From contig CATNEN010000011.1 in the NCBI GenBank assembly GCA_950097015.1, positions 4,898,001-4,962,000 of the forward strand: 64,000 bases of DNA, in the 5' to 3' direction. A program made the translations under genes and the position numbers. This stretch comes from Macrostomum hystrix (lineage: Eukaryota > Animalia > Platyhelminthes). Shown here piece by piece: positions 1 through 11,169 of this stretch. The notes beneath the pieces were generated by a model. It searched no databases, was not told the origin of the DNA, and saw only the letters and a list, made by a program, of their open reading frames with translations. The stretch's first letter is position 1, and each line of letters begins with the position of its first letter.

Positions 1-976
1 CTGCGATTCTAGTTAGGACTCTTGCTGCGATTCTAGTTAGGACTCTTGCTGCGATTCTAGTTAGGACTCTTGCTGCGATTCTAATTTGGTCTCGTGCTGC
101 GATTCTAGTTAGGACTCTTGCTGCGATTCTAGTTAGGACTCTTGCTGCGATTCTAGTTAGGACTCTTGCTGCGATTCTAGTTAGGACTCTTGCTGCGATT
201 CTAGTTAGGACTCTTGCTGCGATTCTAGTTAGGACTCTTGCTGCGATTCTAGTTAGGACTCTTGCTGCGATTCTAATTTGGTCTCGTGCTGCGATTCTAG
301 TTAGGACTCTTGCTGCGATTCTAGTTAGGACTCTTGCTGCGATTCTAGTTAGGACTCTTGCTGCGATTCTAGTTAGGACTCTTGCTGCGATTCTAGTTAG
401 GACTCTTGCTGCGATTCTAGTTAGGACTCTTGCTGCGATTCCAGTTAGCACTCTTGCTGCGATTCCAGTTAGCACTCTTGCTGCGATTCTAGTTAGGACT
501 CTTGTTGCGATTCCAGTTAGGACTATGCTGCGATTCTAGTTAGGACTATGCTGCGATTCTAGTTAGGACTCTTGCTGCGATTCCAGTTAGGTCTCTGTAG
601 AGTCTTTGATTTGTGGTCGAAAATATGCTCAACTGAGCGCTGCCCCGCGGGCGACAATATATATTTAATGGATCGATAATTGGGGTGGGGGTACGACAGG
701 TGAGAGTTGAAAGTGCTGAGTGCGCGCACAAGACGTAAGAGGTATTGATTGGCTGGAGCAAGCTGACGCAATGCGGGGCGAAGTACAAGTACGCAAGTCT
801 TACAGTCTCATGCTGCGATTCTAATTTGGTCTCGTGCTGCGATTCCAGTTAGGACTCTTGCTGCGATTCTAGTTAGGACTCTTGCTGCGATTCCAGTTAG
901 GACTCTTGCTGCGATTCCAGTTAGGACTCTTGCTGCGATTCCAGTTAGGACTCTTGCTGCGATTCTAGTTAGGTAC
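1..976. repeat. 24-bp minisatellite (CTGCGATTCTAGTTAGGACTCTTG)n, interrupted by ~210 bp of unique sequence at ~596-808
   Basis: Near-perfect tandem copies read directly; the variant unit CTGCGATTCTAATTTGGTCTCGTG recurs at ~71, ~263 and ~815. Confidence 0.95.
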
Positions 977-1181
977 TGCAGTACCAGTTAGGACTTCAAA
1001 GTAAGTAAAATACTGAAATAAACTTTGACAACATCTTTGAACAATAGCTTAGAAATTAACAGGACTACTATTCTACTATTCTGCGTTTTATAGTATTGTA
1101 TTTCTTGCCTGTAGGGGTAATTTACAAGCAGTAGAATGTGAGCTTGAGTTTTGCGTCTATAACAGTTCGAGTTTCTATCCC

Positions 1182-2302
1182 TCAGGGCCATCGGTATCCG
1201 TATGCTTCCACCTCACACAGAGAAAGTACACCCATGTACAGCCGATTGAAAACTCCAATCCTACTTCCGTAGCCGACGCAGGTGAAGTTGCGGACACTGA
1301 ATGTGACGGTGTCATTGTACTCGTTGCATTGAATGTTGTCCAATAGCAGACGGAAGTTTCTCAGCCTTTCAGCGCAGCAATCCTGCCTGTTGTAGATGGT
1401 GACGAAGGAAATGACCGCGGCAGCTGGCAGCTGGCTCTCCCACCATTCGTTGCTAAGGGTGCCAGGGAGTTCCGTGTGGCTGCAGGAGGAGCCACTGTAA
1501 ACTTGGTTTCTGTTGCCATCGATGGCCCTAGAACATGAGCCAGCATTAGAGCTCTGGGTACAGCTGGTCATTGGGAGTCTCTGATCCACTGCGGGAGTGA
1601 CATTGTGTCGTCAGGCGTATTTGGTTCGAGTTCCATTTGCAGAGACCAGAGTTGACGTTTTTTAAAATGCTTCTCAGGCCGAGACTTTAGAGATCGAATT
1701 TTTGAGTCAACAAAAGGGTTTACGCTTCAGATATCTGCCACACCTTTATCTCGTTTTAACCCTCTCTGTTACACCTTGATCACTTTTAGCTAACCAATTC
1801 CTCTTGCTTCAATTGTCTCACATCTGTATAATTGCGTCTCAAACAGGTGCACGTTTCTGTGCATCGCTGCCTCGAATTTTTTACACAGCAAAATGGACGA
1901 ATCTAGAGAAAATGAAGCTAAATTGGTTGAAGTTTTGTTCAAATTGAAATCGCTGCCTCGCGGTGAAAAGTTTAGAACGCAAAAGGGGACATTTAACTCA
2001 CCTTTAGGCAGTCGGGTGAAGACGTTGCACATCGCTGGCGGGATGGTCCAGTTGCTTGAGTGGAAGGCTTGAACACTGATCAGGTGGCAGCGGTTCAACA
2101 GCCAGAAGAATCCGAAGCAGGTCGAGTTGAAGCCGCACAGGTGAGCGCAGAGCCGTTCAGAACTGGCGCCAATCAGTTCCTGAGTGGAGAACGGAGCTTT
2201 GAAGCTGGCATTGCGGGCGAGGATGAAGCTTCCGTCCTCTGAAGCTGCACCCAATAGGACACTAAGAAATGTCACAATCAGTCTTGCTGGGCGGTATAAC
2301 AT
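1182..2302 (-). CDS. Secreted PAN/Apple + F-type (fucose-binding) lectin, 2 exons (2302-2002, 1588-1182), ~235 aa
   Basis: Exon 1 has a hydrophobic signal-like N-terminus and a PAN-type Cys pattern (LCAHLCGFNSTCFGF..RCHL). Phase-1 intron 2001-1589 (GTGAGT...CCCGCAG) joins LPK-V-DQRL. Exon 2 has FTL hallmarks AIDGN, CSHT, WW, RQDCCAER, LSLCEVEAYG. Joined length 708 nt is a multiple of 3. Confidence 0.85.
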
Positions 2303-2608
2303 TTTCTACTTGAAAAAAAAGATATATTTTGTGACGCGGCCGGACAAGTTGATATTTTGCAATTTATAGCATCGCCATTAATTGTCAGCTGGCTATAGGG
2401 TGAGAGGTCCCACATGAAAAACTCTACTGCTATGACAATTTGATAGGCTTCTGCGGTCTGGGGCGTGAGTTAGTATTCTTATCAAAAGCTCTGTTGCTAT
2501 AACAGGCATTTATGCTCGTATTTAGCTACAATTTAGTTTTAATTGAAGAATATGAAATATTCATTGCATAGCGACAGATAACTGGGAAGTATTTTTGCTA
2601 CTAGTTAT

Positions 2609-4480
2609 GCCACTAAACACGCTTGCATATGGGAGCTCAAAGCTCAAATTCTTTTCCTCAATTCCTCTTGCTGTACATATAAATAGTTTTATGCCCCAAT
2701 CAGCAAATTCTGCCAAAACAGGCAAACTATCCTCAGATAGCAAGCAGTTGTCCCATAATTACTAAATGAAAAATGTCTTCGACAAAGAGTTAGCCAGTAG
2801 CATCAATGGCCATTGTAAGCTGATCGCCATTGTCAAAGCAATCACGGAAAACGGAATGAAAAGGTGAATGAAGGAGACACCAGTATTGAGTTTATCCAAT
2901 AGTATTTTGTGTTTTATGATACCGGATTGAGTTTATCCAATAGTATTTTGTGTTTTATGATACCGGATTGAGTTTATCCAATAGTATTTGGAATAGTATT
3001 CTGCCTGAAAACTCTGGGCGAGTGCGGAGGGCTCACCGTCCTTTCGGACGAGGCCCCGGCTACTTTACTCCGGAGCCACAGGTACAAAGTCAGCATCTTC
3101 CCTCGCAATGAGGTAAAGGACTGCTGGGATGACCCCGCAGTCCATTGTTACACTGACGGCTCCCTGATGAACGGTAAATCGGGATTCGGGGTGTGCGTCG
3201 CCTCGGGTGGCGAGGTCCTCTGGACCCACTCCCAATACTGTGGCAAGAGCTCTAGCGTTTTCCAAAACGAAGTGCTCGCCATCAGCTTCTGTGCGGCTGA
3301 GCTGCGCCAGAGGCAGCTGGCTGGTCGGAGGATCTTTTTTCACTCCGACAGTCAAGCAGCCCTCAAGGCCCTCAGTCGCTGCACCTCTCGCTCCAGAACC
3401 ACCTTGGACTGCAACACCCAGTTAAACGGTTTGGCGCAGTCTAACAAGGTGGAGCTGCTGTGGATCCCTGGGCATGCCGGGTTCACAGGGAATGAGATGG
3501 CGGACCAGCTTGCAAAGGCTGGAGCAGCCAGCTCCCTGATGGGCCCGGGCCCGGAGTCCCCGATCCCCATCTCCGTTGTCAACTCCAGCATCAACCACTG
3601 GATGGAGACCCAGCACCGGAGGAGGTGGTCTAGCACCCTGAACTGTCGCCAGTCCAGGGCTGCGGTGCCAACCCCCTCTAGAAACCTGCGTAAGGCCTTA
3701 CTCAGGCTAAACCGCAGAGACCTGAGAGCAGTCACCATGGCCCTTTCGGGACATGGCTGCTTCACCAGACACCGCTACCTCCAAGGCCACGTGCCTGAGG
3801 AAACGTGTCCCTTCTGCTGCTCCGGCCGTGAAAACGCCGAGCATTTCATCTGCCACTGCCCGGCTTTCACCCGGGCTAGGCTAAAGCACCTCGGGCCGGC
3901 ACCGACTCTTGCCGAAGCCTGCTCGCCCGAGAACATCCCACAGCTCGCCCACTTCCTCCGGGATACCGGCCGAGCTGATTTCTTCCCAGCCTATGGCGAG
4001 GAAGATCGCGCGGCGGAACCGACCGACGGACCACCCTGAGCGGCACCGCCTCGCTGGAGGCCGTCTGGCTGCCAGGGGTTAGCGATATGGGCGGCACCAG
4101 CCGCCTCCTCGCTGCGTCCGTCATGGAGGCCCCCTGCCGCTAAGTCAAGTAAGTCAAGCCACTAAACACGCTTGCATATGGGAGCTCAAAGTATTCTTTT
4201 CCTCAATTCCTCATTGTTCTTTCGTTTGCTGTACATATAAGTATTTTTATGCCCAAATCAGCAAATTCTGCCAAAACAGGCAAACTATCCTCAGATAGCA
4301 AGCAGTTGTCCCATAATTACTAAATGAAAAATGTCTTCGACAAAGAGTTAGCCAGTAGCATCAATGGCCATTGTAAGCTGATCGCCATTGTCAAAGCAAT
4401 CACGGAAAACGGAATGAAAAGGTGAATGAAGGAGATACCAGTATTGAGTTTATCCAATAGTATTTTGTGTTTTATGATAC
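2609..4480. repeat. ~380-bp direct duplication flanking the LINE fragment (2609-2989 and 4158-~4480)
   Basis: Both copies begin GCCACTAAACACGCTTGCATATGGGAGCTCAAAG and run into the 41-bp array. They differ by small indels in the first ~110 bp and are near-identical afterwards. Confidence 0.9.
3001..4158 (+). mobile_element. 5'-truncated non-LTR retrotransposon (RNase H-bearing, I/Loa/R1-like group): RNase H + C-terminal CCHC finger, 3' UTR and (TAAGTCAAG)2 tail
   Basis: The frame is open from ~3002 to the stop at 4039 with YTDGS, EVLAI, HSDSQAAL, WIPGHAGFTGNEMADQLAK and CPFC..ENAEHFICHC. GC-rich relative to its flanks; tandem tail at 4141-4158. Confidence 0.9.
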
Positions 4481-5570
4481 CGTGTTGAGTTTATCCAATA
4501 GTATTTTGTGTTTTATGATACAAGTATTGAGTTTATCCAATAGTACTTTGTGTTTTATGATACAAGTATTGAGTTTATCCAATAGTACTTTGTGTTTTAT
4601 GATACAAGTATTGAGTTTATCCAATAGTACTTTGTGTTTTATGATAACGTGTAGAGTTTATCCAATGGTATTTTGTGTTTTATGATACCGTGTTGAGTTT
4701 ATCCAATGGTATTTTGTGTTTTATGATACCGGATTGTGTTTATCCAATGGTATTTTGTGTTTTATGATACCGGATTGTGTTTATCCAATAGTACTTTGTG
4801 TTTTATGATACCGTGTTGAGTTTATCCAATAGTATTTTGTGTTTTTTGATACCGTGTTGAGTTAATCTAATAGTATTTTGTGTTTTATGATACAGTGTTG
4901 AGTTTATCAAATAGTATTTTGTGTTTTATGATACAAGTATTGAGTTTATCCAATAGTATTTTGTGTTTTATGATACCGGATTGAGTTTATCCAATAGTAT
5001 TTTGTGTTTTATGATACCGGAGTGAGTTTATCCAATAGTATTTTGCGTTTTATGATACCGGATTGAGTTTATCCAATGGTATTTTGTGTTTTATGATACC
5101 GGATTGAGTTTATCCAATAGTATTTTGTGATTATGATACCGGATTGAGTTTATCCAATGGTATTTTGTGTTTTATGATACAGTGTTGAGTTTATCCAATG
5201 GTATTTTGTTTTTTATGATACAGTGTTGAGCTTATCCAATGGTATTTTGTGTTTTATGATACAGTGTTGAGTTTATCCAATGGTATTTTGTGTTTTATGA
5301 TACAGTGTTGAGCTTATCCAATGGTATTTTGTGTTTTATGATACAGTGTTGAGTTTATCCAATGGTATTTTGTGTTTTATGATACAGTGTTGAGTTTATC
5401 CAATGGTATTTTGTGTTTTATGATACAGTGTTGAGTTTATCCAATAGTACTTTGTGTTTTATGATACAGTGTTGAGTTTATCCAATAGTACTTTGTGTTT
5501 TATGATACAGTGTTGAGTTTATCCAATAGTATTTCGTGTTTTATGATACCGGATTGAGTTTATCAAGTCA
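4438..5570. repeat. 41-bp minisatellite (GTTGAGTTTATCCAATAGTATTTTGTGTTTTATGATACAGT)n
   Basis: About 27 tandem copies visible. Confidence 0.95.
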
Positions 5571-6201
5571 TGTTTTGTTGTTTATGACAATGGTTTGAGT
5601 TTATTTCTATTATATTAGATCTGGTTTATCTTGACTAGGTAACGTCAAACCTAATATGTTCTAATTTAAATAAAACCGATTTCTTGGGTTTAATCTTCAG
5701 TTGCATTATTTTGTTTTCAACGAATTTAATGAACTTCTGCTAAAATGGGTCCTTTTTAAAAAAATGTTGTTACTTCAATAACAGAGCAAAGCTTTGCGCA
5801 AAGATAATTCGCATTTCATTATTGAATTATACAATGGCTATACAATTAATAATGGCTAGTATTGTATATCCCAAGAAATGTACTCCTGGACTTCTCATTA
5901 TAAAAATAAAAGTCAACAATTTATTGCTAATTAATAATCGTTATTACAGTTCCAGGAACAGAAACAGGAAAATTGAACAGATCATTTAGCCTGAAGTGGC
6001 ACAATTCTGAAACTTAAAAACAATTGAGAAAGGCATTATCTCTCATGGTCGTGATCTGGCAATCTAACCTAACTTGCTCATTTAAAAGTTTAGTCACACA
6101 TTTAACCAGAAAGCTGATACAAACTTCGCTAGATTTAAAGAAACATTTCTTTCGATTTTGTAAGATAGCATTCTCATTCTCGATAGCATTCGCATTCTCG
6201 A

Positions 6202-6786
6202 AGATCTGAGAACAATGTCTTCTCAATTTGAGGATCTGGGAACAATGTGTTCTCAATTTGAGGATCTGGGAACAATGTGTTCTCAATTTGAGGATCTGGG
6301 AACAATGTCTCCTCAATTTGAGGATCTGGGAACAATGTGTCCTCAATTTGAGGATCTGGGAAGATGATGTCTCCTCAATTGGAGGATCTGGGAAGATGAT
6401 GTCTCCTCAATTTGAGGATCTGGGAAGATGATGTCTCCTCAATTTGAGGATCTGGGAAGATGATGTCTCCTCAATTTGAGGATCTGGGAAGATGATGTCT
6501 CCTCAATTGGAGGATCTGGGAAGATGATGTCTCCTCAATTTGAGGATCTGGGAAGATGATGTCTCCTCAATTGGAGGATCTGGGAAGATGATGTCTCCTC
6601 AATTTGAGGATCTGGGAAGATGATGTCTCCTCAATTTGAGGATCTGGAACAATGTCTCCTCAATTGGAGGATCTGGGAACAATGTGTCCCCAATTTGAGG
6701 ATCCGGGAACAATGTGTCCTCAATTTGAGGATCTGGGAAGATGATGTCTCCTCAATTGTAGGGTCTGGGAAGATGATGTCCTCATA
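6202..6786. repeat. 30/32-bp minisatellite (GAGGATCTGGGAAGATGATGTCTCCTCAATTT / GAGGATCTGGGAACAATGTGTTCTCAATTT)
   Basis: Two interleaved unit variants just 3' of the LSm1 stop. Confidence 0.95.
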
Positions 6787-6831
6787 ATGAGGATAAATAC
6801 ATTAAAGCAGCAAACACGGCAGCAAGCGCAA

Positions 6832-7657
6832 TCAAATACCAAACTCCTCGTAAGCGTCAGGTACGGTGGGAGTGAGTCCGTACTCAAGCATGGCCTTCTT
6901 GCGTCGCTCCTCTCGCTTTATTTGATCCTCTCGCTCCTGACGCTGCAGGTGAAGAATTTCTTCAGGCGACACATTGATGAAACCCGCGTCCCGCCCGGGT
7001 TCGAACTCGCCCATGAGCAACACATTCTCGCCCCTGACAAGGTAGAGGCCACGCTCGATATCACCGAATCGAACTCGGGAATCAGGACCCTGGACGTAGA
7101 TGCGTTCGACAGTGCGATGGAGCATGAGGTTGGCGAACTGGTCCAGGCTGCGGAGCCAGCCAATCAGGATCTTGTTGTCACGCAGGACCACCAGCACCTG
7201 GCAGGCATGGTTTGGTGCGAGTGAGAATGAGAGATTCAGGGGTGAGAATGAGATATTCAGGGGTGAGAATGAGAAATAAAAGGGTGAGAAATGAGAAATT
7301 CAGGGAACGGAATTAGGTTTAACTAAGATTGAACTTAAGAGAGCACCTGCTTGTCAACGTCCTGCACCAGAGAGGCAGTGCCAGCAAGGTAGGCCGCCTG
7401 GGCAGGTCCGATGCCAGTCAGACTGGCGAATGGTGACTGATGCTGGTACTGATGCTGGTGCTGATGCTGGTGCTGATGCTGCTGCTGATAATGCGGCTGA
7501 AATTGCTGCTGATTATGATAACGTTGGCTTTGCGGAGTCTGTGGGCTCTGCTGCTGCTGCTGCTGATTGTAATGAGGACCCGGTGGGCCCTTATTTGTAC
7601 GCTGGGGTTGCTGAAAAATGAAACCTAGTTTTATTGCAGGCTTACAATCATACTCAT
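6832..7657 (-). CDS. LSM1: Sm-like protein LSm1 with a Q/H-rich N-terminal extension; exons 7657-7646, 7610-7347, 7197-6832; ~213 aa
   Basis: GTASLVQDVDKQ|VLVVLRDNKILIGWLRSLDQFANLMLHRTVERI...GDIERGLYLVRGENVLLMGE matches the LSm1 Sm1/Sm2 motifs plus a C-terminal helix. Phase-0 introns 7346-7198 and 7645-7611. The 4-codon first exon is the least certain part. Confidence 0.9.
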
Positions 7658-7709
7658 ACTAGATAATCGGGTCAGACAGACGCAGAGCCAGTGCCACAGC
7701 ACAGGGTCT

Positions 7710-7826
7710 AACCCGTCTGCCTCTCGCACCAAGGTCCCTGGGCTCGGCCACATTTATTTGGGGCGCAGCCGCGGAGAGAAGGCTTGGAGGCTTGTCGGGA
7801 AATTTACGCTCTCAAAGGCCAATTCG
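7710..7826 (+). mobile_element. Fragment of SINE family B (homologous to 41690-41820)
   Basis: Shares CTCGCACCAAGG...ACATTTATTTGGGGCGCAGC.GCGGAGAGAAG...GGCTTGTCG..AATTTACGC with the 41.7 kb copy. Confidence 0.7.
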
Positions 7827-8289
7827 AATTCGTTTAATTGCCTTTCTAAAGAACACCTTTGCTTTCCGTGGGATAAGATTTGAACTCCTTACCTCTTTGC
7901 TACTTTGTTCCTATTGCTTCTAAAAGGCAAAGTTTTTTGGCAGGCTTAAAAAATAAATGACACAAAAGTGAAGTATTATAGTATTGTTAACAAATGTGAA
8001 AAAACATTAACATTTTGTATTCAAGTGCGTAGATTAATAACGAGATATAAAACTGGTTCTATCAATATTCGCAAGCAGTAACCAATGATCGGATTACTAA
8101 TAACGGTAAACAATTGATAATAATTCTAGGATATATTAGCACTCAGGGCACAGTACATGCTGCAACAAAACAAGTATTTAATAATATGAGTAAATAACAG
8201 GATGTGCCAAAGTTAGAGTACATTAATATAGAATTATAACAAATCAGTGGAACTCTTGTGTAGGTTTATGATTTGCTTTCTATACTACT

Positions 8290-8710
8290 GCCCTGTAAAA
8301 AATTCGGATGCTTTTTCGGCGGTTTTTTGTACAAAATAGGAGTGGAATCTACCAAAATCCCCCCTATCTCGCAAGAGTTAAAGAAACCACCCAGGAAGCA
8401 GCCGATGTAACCGTAAATTGTGCGGAAACCGCCGAAGAATCACCCGAACCAGTGGCCCATGGGACAACCAGAGAATTATTTACGGGCGATTCCTCGGCGG
8501 TTTCTGAGCATGGAATCTCCCGAACTGGAGGATTCTTTGGGTGATTCCATTTCGCCACCAAGAAGCACCGAGAAAACGCCCAGTTGGGTAGATTCTAAGC
8601 ATGGAATCATCCGATTGGTATGTTTCCAGCGTTCGGCTGTTTCTTTTTCTGGAAACACCGCAGATTCCAACTGGAATCACCCAAAGAAACATCCCTATTT
8701 TTTAGCGGGT
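8290..8710. mobile_element. Palindrome-rich MITE-like element with imperfect terminal inverted repeats
   Basis: CCCTGTAAAAAAT at ~8292 versus ATTTTTTAGCGGG at ~8697; 22-bp stem 8425-8446/8483-8504; many GGAATC/GATTCC submotifs. No TSD could be identified. Confidence 0.45.
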
Positions 8711-9184
8711 AACGAGTAGATCAAAGATCATTCAGAATAGAACATTTATAAGTACGAAATTTGGTATATTTTGGCAGAATTATTGTCGAATTTGGTTTCG
8801 CAATGCATTTCAAAATCAAGACTCAAGATCAGCACAATAAGCAAGCAGGCGACGCGTTATGAAAAAAAATCACGCGGTTGTGTCAGATATGACTGAGAAA
8901 ATAGATAAATTTAATTCGTAGTACTGTAATACTTTGCTGAATATTGCCGACAGACTTTAGCCTAATGAAATCAGTAAAACAAGATTCTCATTAGCAATTT
9001 ATAGAAAATAAACAAAGTTTTTAGATCACATAAAACAGCATCAATAACTAGAGAATCATTTTAACTGATCTGATGTTAGTAACGAAATTTTATTGTGTGA
9101 TTATAAGACTGACCTTGTGATCCACTAAGCCTTACCTCTCAATCGATCGCTGCGCAATAGCTGCGACTGTGCTATCGGCTGCTA

Positions 9185-9380
9185 ACTAACCTCACTCCGC
9201 TAGCAACCTCACACCGCTACCCACCTCACTCCGCTACCCACCTCCCACCACTACCAACCTCACTCCGCTACCCACCTCACTCCGCTACCAACCTCACTCC
9301 GCTGCCAACTTCACTCCGCTACCAACCTCACTCCGCTACCCACCTCACTCCGCTACCCACCTCACTCCGCTACCCACCCC
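9185..9380. repeat. 17-bp minisatellite (CTCACTCCGCTACCCAC)n
   Basis: Direct tandem copies; the same unit recurs at 10195-10540. Confidence 0.9.
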
Positions 9381-9541
9381 CAAGTATATATAGATAAATA
9401 TTGACTAAATAATCTCTAAAACTGAACAATTATTTGTTAAGGCCTCCAATTGTAGTCTTAAACAGTTTAGTGCACCTAGAAAATCAATAACAAAACATAC
9501 CTAACCTTACCTAATGGAATTAGACAGAAATCGAATGTCAC

Positions 9542-10045
9542 TCAGGTGGTGCGCACTTTGCCGGGCACATAGGCCCTATCTATAGCCTGCTCCTGGAGGA
9601 ACATGTGCAGGCACTTCTCATTCTGTGCCAACGGATGACCGGCTACCTTGTTAATAAACTCTTCCAGGCCTTTGCGCCTCTCCTCGATGAATTCGTCGTC
9701 GAATCTGCCATCGCCGCCGCGGAATGGCAGCTGCAGTTTCAAAGCTTTGCCCGGCAATTTCGGCACAACAATCTTCGAGTCACGCTCTAGCTCACCGCGC
9801 AACCATTCGAAGTCCGAGTAGCGCCGTCTAACTGAGGATTCTTTCAGTTTGAACACTGGCAAATTGGTGCGCAGGCGAATCTCGTAGTCCGTGAATCGAT
9901 CTTTGTTTAAGCCGTGCGTCTCGGGATTGCAGACGTCGATTTCTAAGAAATTTGCCGGTGGAGAATATGCGTCCTCCATTGTCTGCTTCTTTGGCTGCAG
10001 GCGCTGCGTTGCTGCCGATGCCTGCTGCTGGGATGCGCCGGACAT
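9542..10045 (-). CDS. SNX3: Sorting nexin 3/12 (PX domain), single exon, 167 aa
   Basis: NFLEIDV.NPETHG...FTDYEIRLRTNLPVFKLKESSVRRRYSDFEWLRGELERDSKIVVPKLPGKA...FIEERRKGLEEFINKVAGHPLAQNEKCLHMFLQE is the SNX3/SNX12/Grd19 signature. Confidence 0.95.
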   Translation of the reverse strand: MSGASQQQASAATQRLQPKKQTMEDAYSPPANFLEIDVCNPETHGLNKDRFTDYEIRLRTNLPVFKLKESSVRRRYSDFEWLRGELERDSKIVVPKLPGKALKLQLPFRGGDGRFDDEFIEERRKGLEEFINKVAGHPLAQNEKCLHMFLQEQAIDRAYVPGKVRTT

Positions 10046-10194
10046 TGTCTATATAGGGGTAGCTTTTATCCTCTGTTGCTTGAGTGTGAAATCTTTAGTT
10101 GGAGTTTTTATTCAAGACAAGATTCAGGCTGAAACAAAGAATAATAAATGGTTGAAATAATAATGCTCGAGTGTTTCACTTTTATCCACTACCC

Positions 10195-10540
10195 ACCCTC
10201 TGCCCATCCCGCTCCGCTACCCACCTCACTCCGCTACCCATCTCACTCCGCTACCAACCTCACTCCGCTACCAACCTCACTCCGCTACCCATCTCACTAC
10301 GCTACCCACCTCACTCCGCTACTCACCTCACCCCACTACACATCTCATTCCGCTGCACACCTCACTCCGCTACCCACCTCACTTCGCAACCCAACTCACC
10401 CCACTACTACACATCTCATTCCACTACATACCTCACTCCGCTAACCAACTTACTCCACTACCCATCTCATTACGCCTCACATCACTTTACACCTCACTTC
10501 GTTACCAACATCACTCCGTTACCCACGGCACTCCGCTAAC
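10195..10540. repeat. Degenerate 17-bp minisatellite, same family as 9185-9380
   Basis: CTCACTCCGCTACC core repeated in the same orientation. Confidence 0.85.
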
Positions 10541-11169
10541 CACTCAAGAGATACCGCAAGACTACCCCATACTTGAAATATAGAAAAAATATATCGAGCA
10601 ACTTCAAAGCGAGAGGGAGTTTAGTCACTCTTTCTTCTATATTTGCGATTCCAGAATGGCATAAGGCAGCTTCCTGAAAGCCATGTTCAAAGAATCTTCC
10701 AGATTGGAAGATGTCATTATTCTTTGCCTGCAACACTTAACAAAATCTGAACAGAATCATAAAATGGAACAGACTGACAATCTTTCTATACTACTAACAA
10801 AAGTTCATTATAAGTAGTCATGTAGCGATCATAAGAAATTCAATAAATGAAAGCATGATTATAAAGCATCGAACTACGAGTATATCAGAGTTTACTTGAT
10901 TAAGATGAAAATTTCTGCAAAAGGGAAAACTGATTGATTCTCAAAATAAGGTCAAAGTTTAAACAGTCTGTTGTTTCATAGTTGACTAATATTGCCATGC
11001 ATTGCGTTATAATTTATTCAGTAAACAAATTGACCAGATATTCAATAAATTTGAGTGTCAAGCGAATATTTGTAATAACAATAATTATTATTGCTTAGAC
11101 ACGATCAATTAGGTCCGATTTGCAGCCGACAGCACAGCTGTAGCTATTGTAGGGCGAAACAGAAAGCTG

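Noticed and set aside
10536-10736. Exon-like stretch between the F-box stop and SNX3
   Set aside because: An acceptor is present but there is no donor in the last F-box exon and no recognisable homology.
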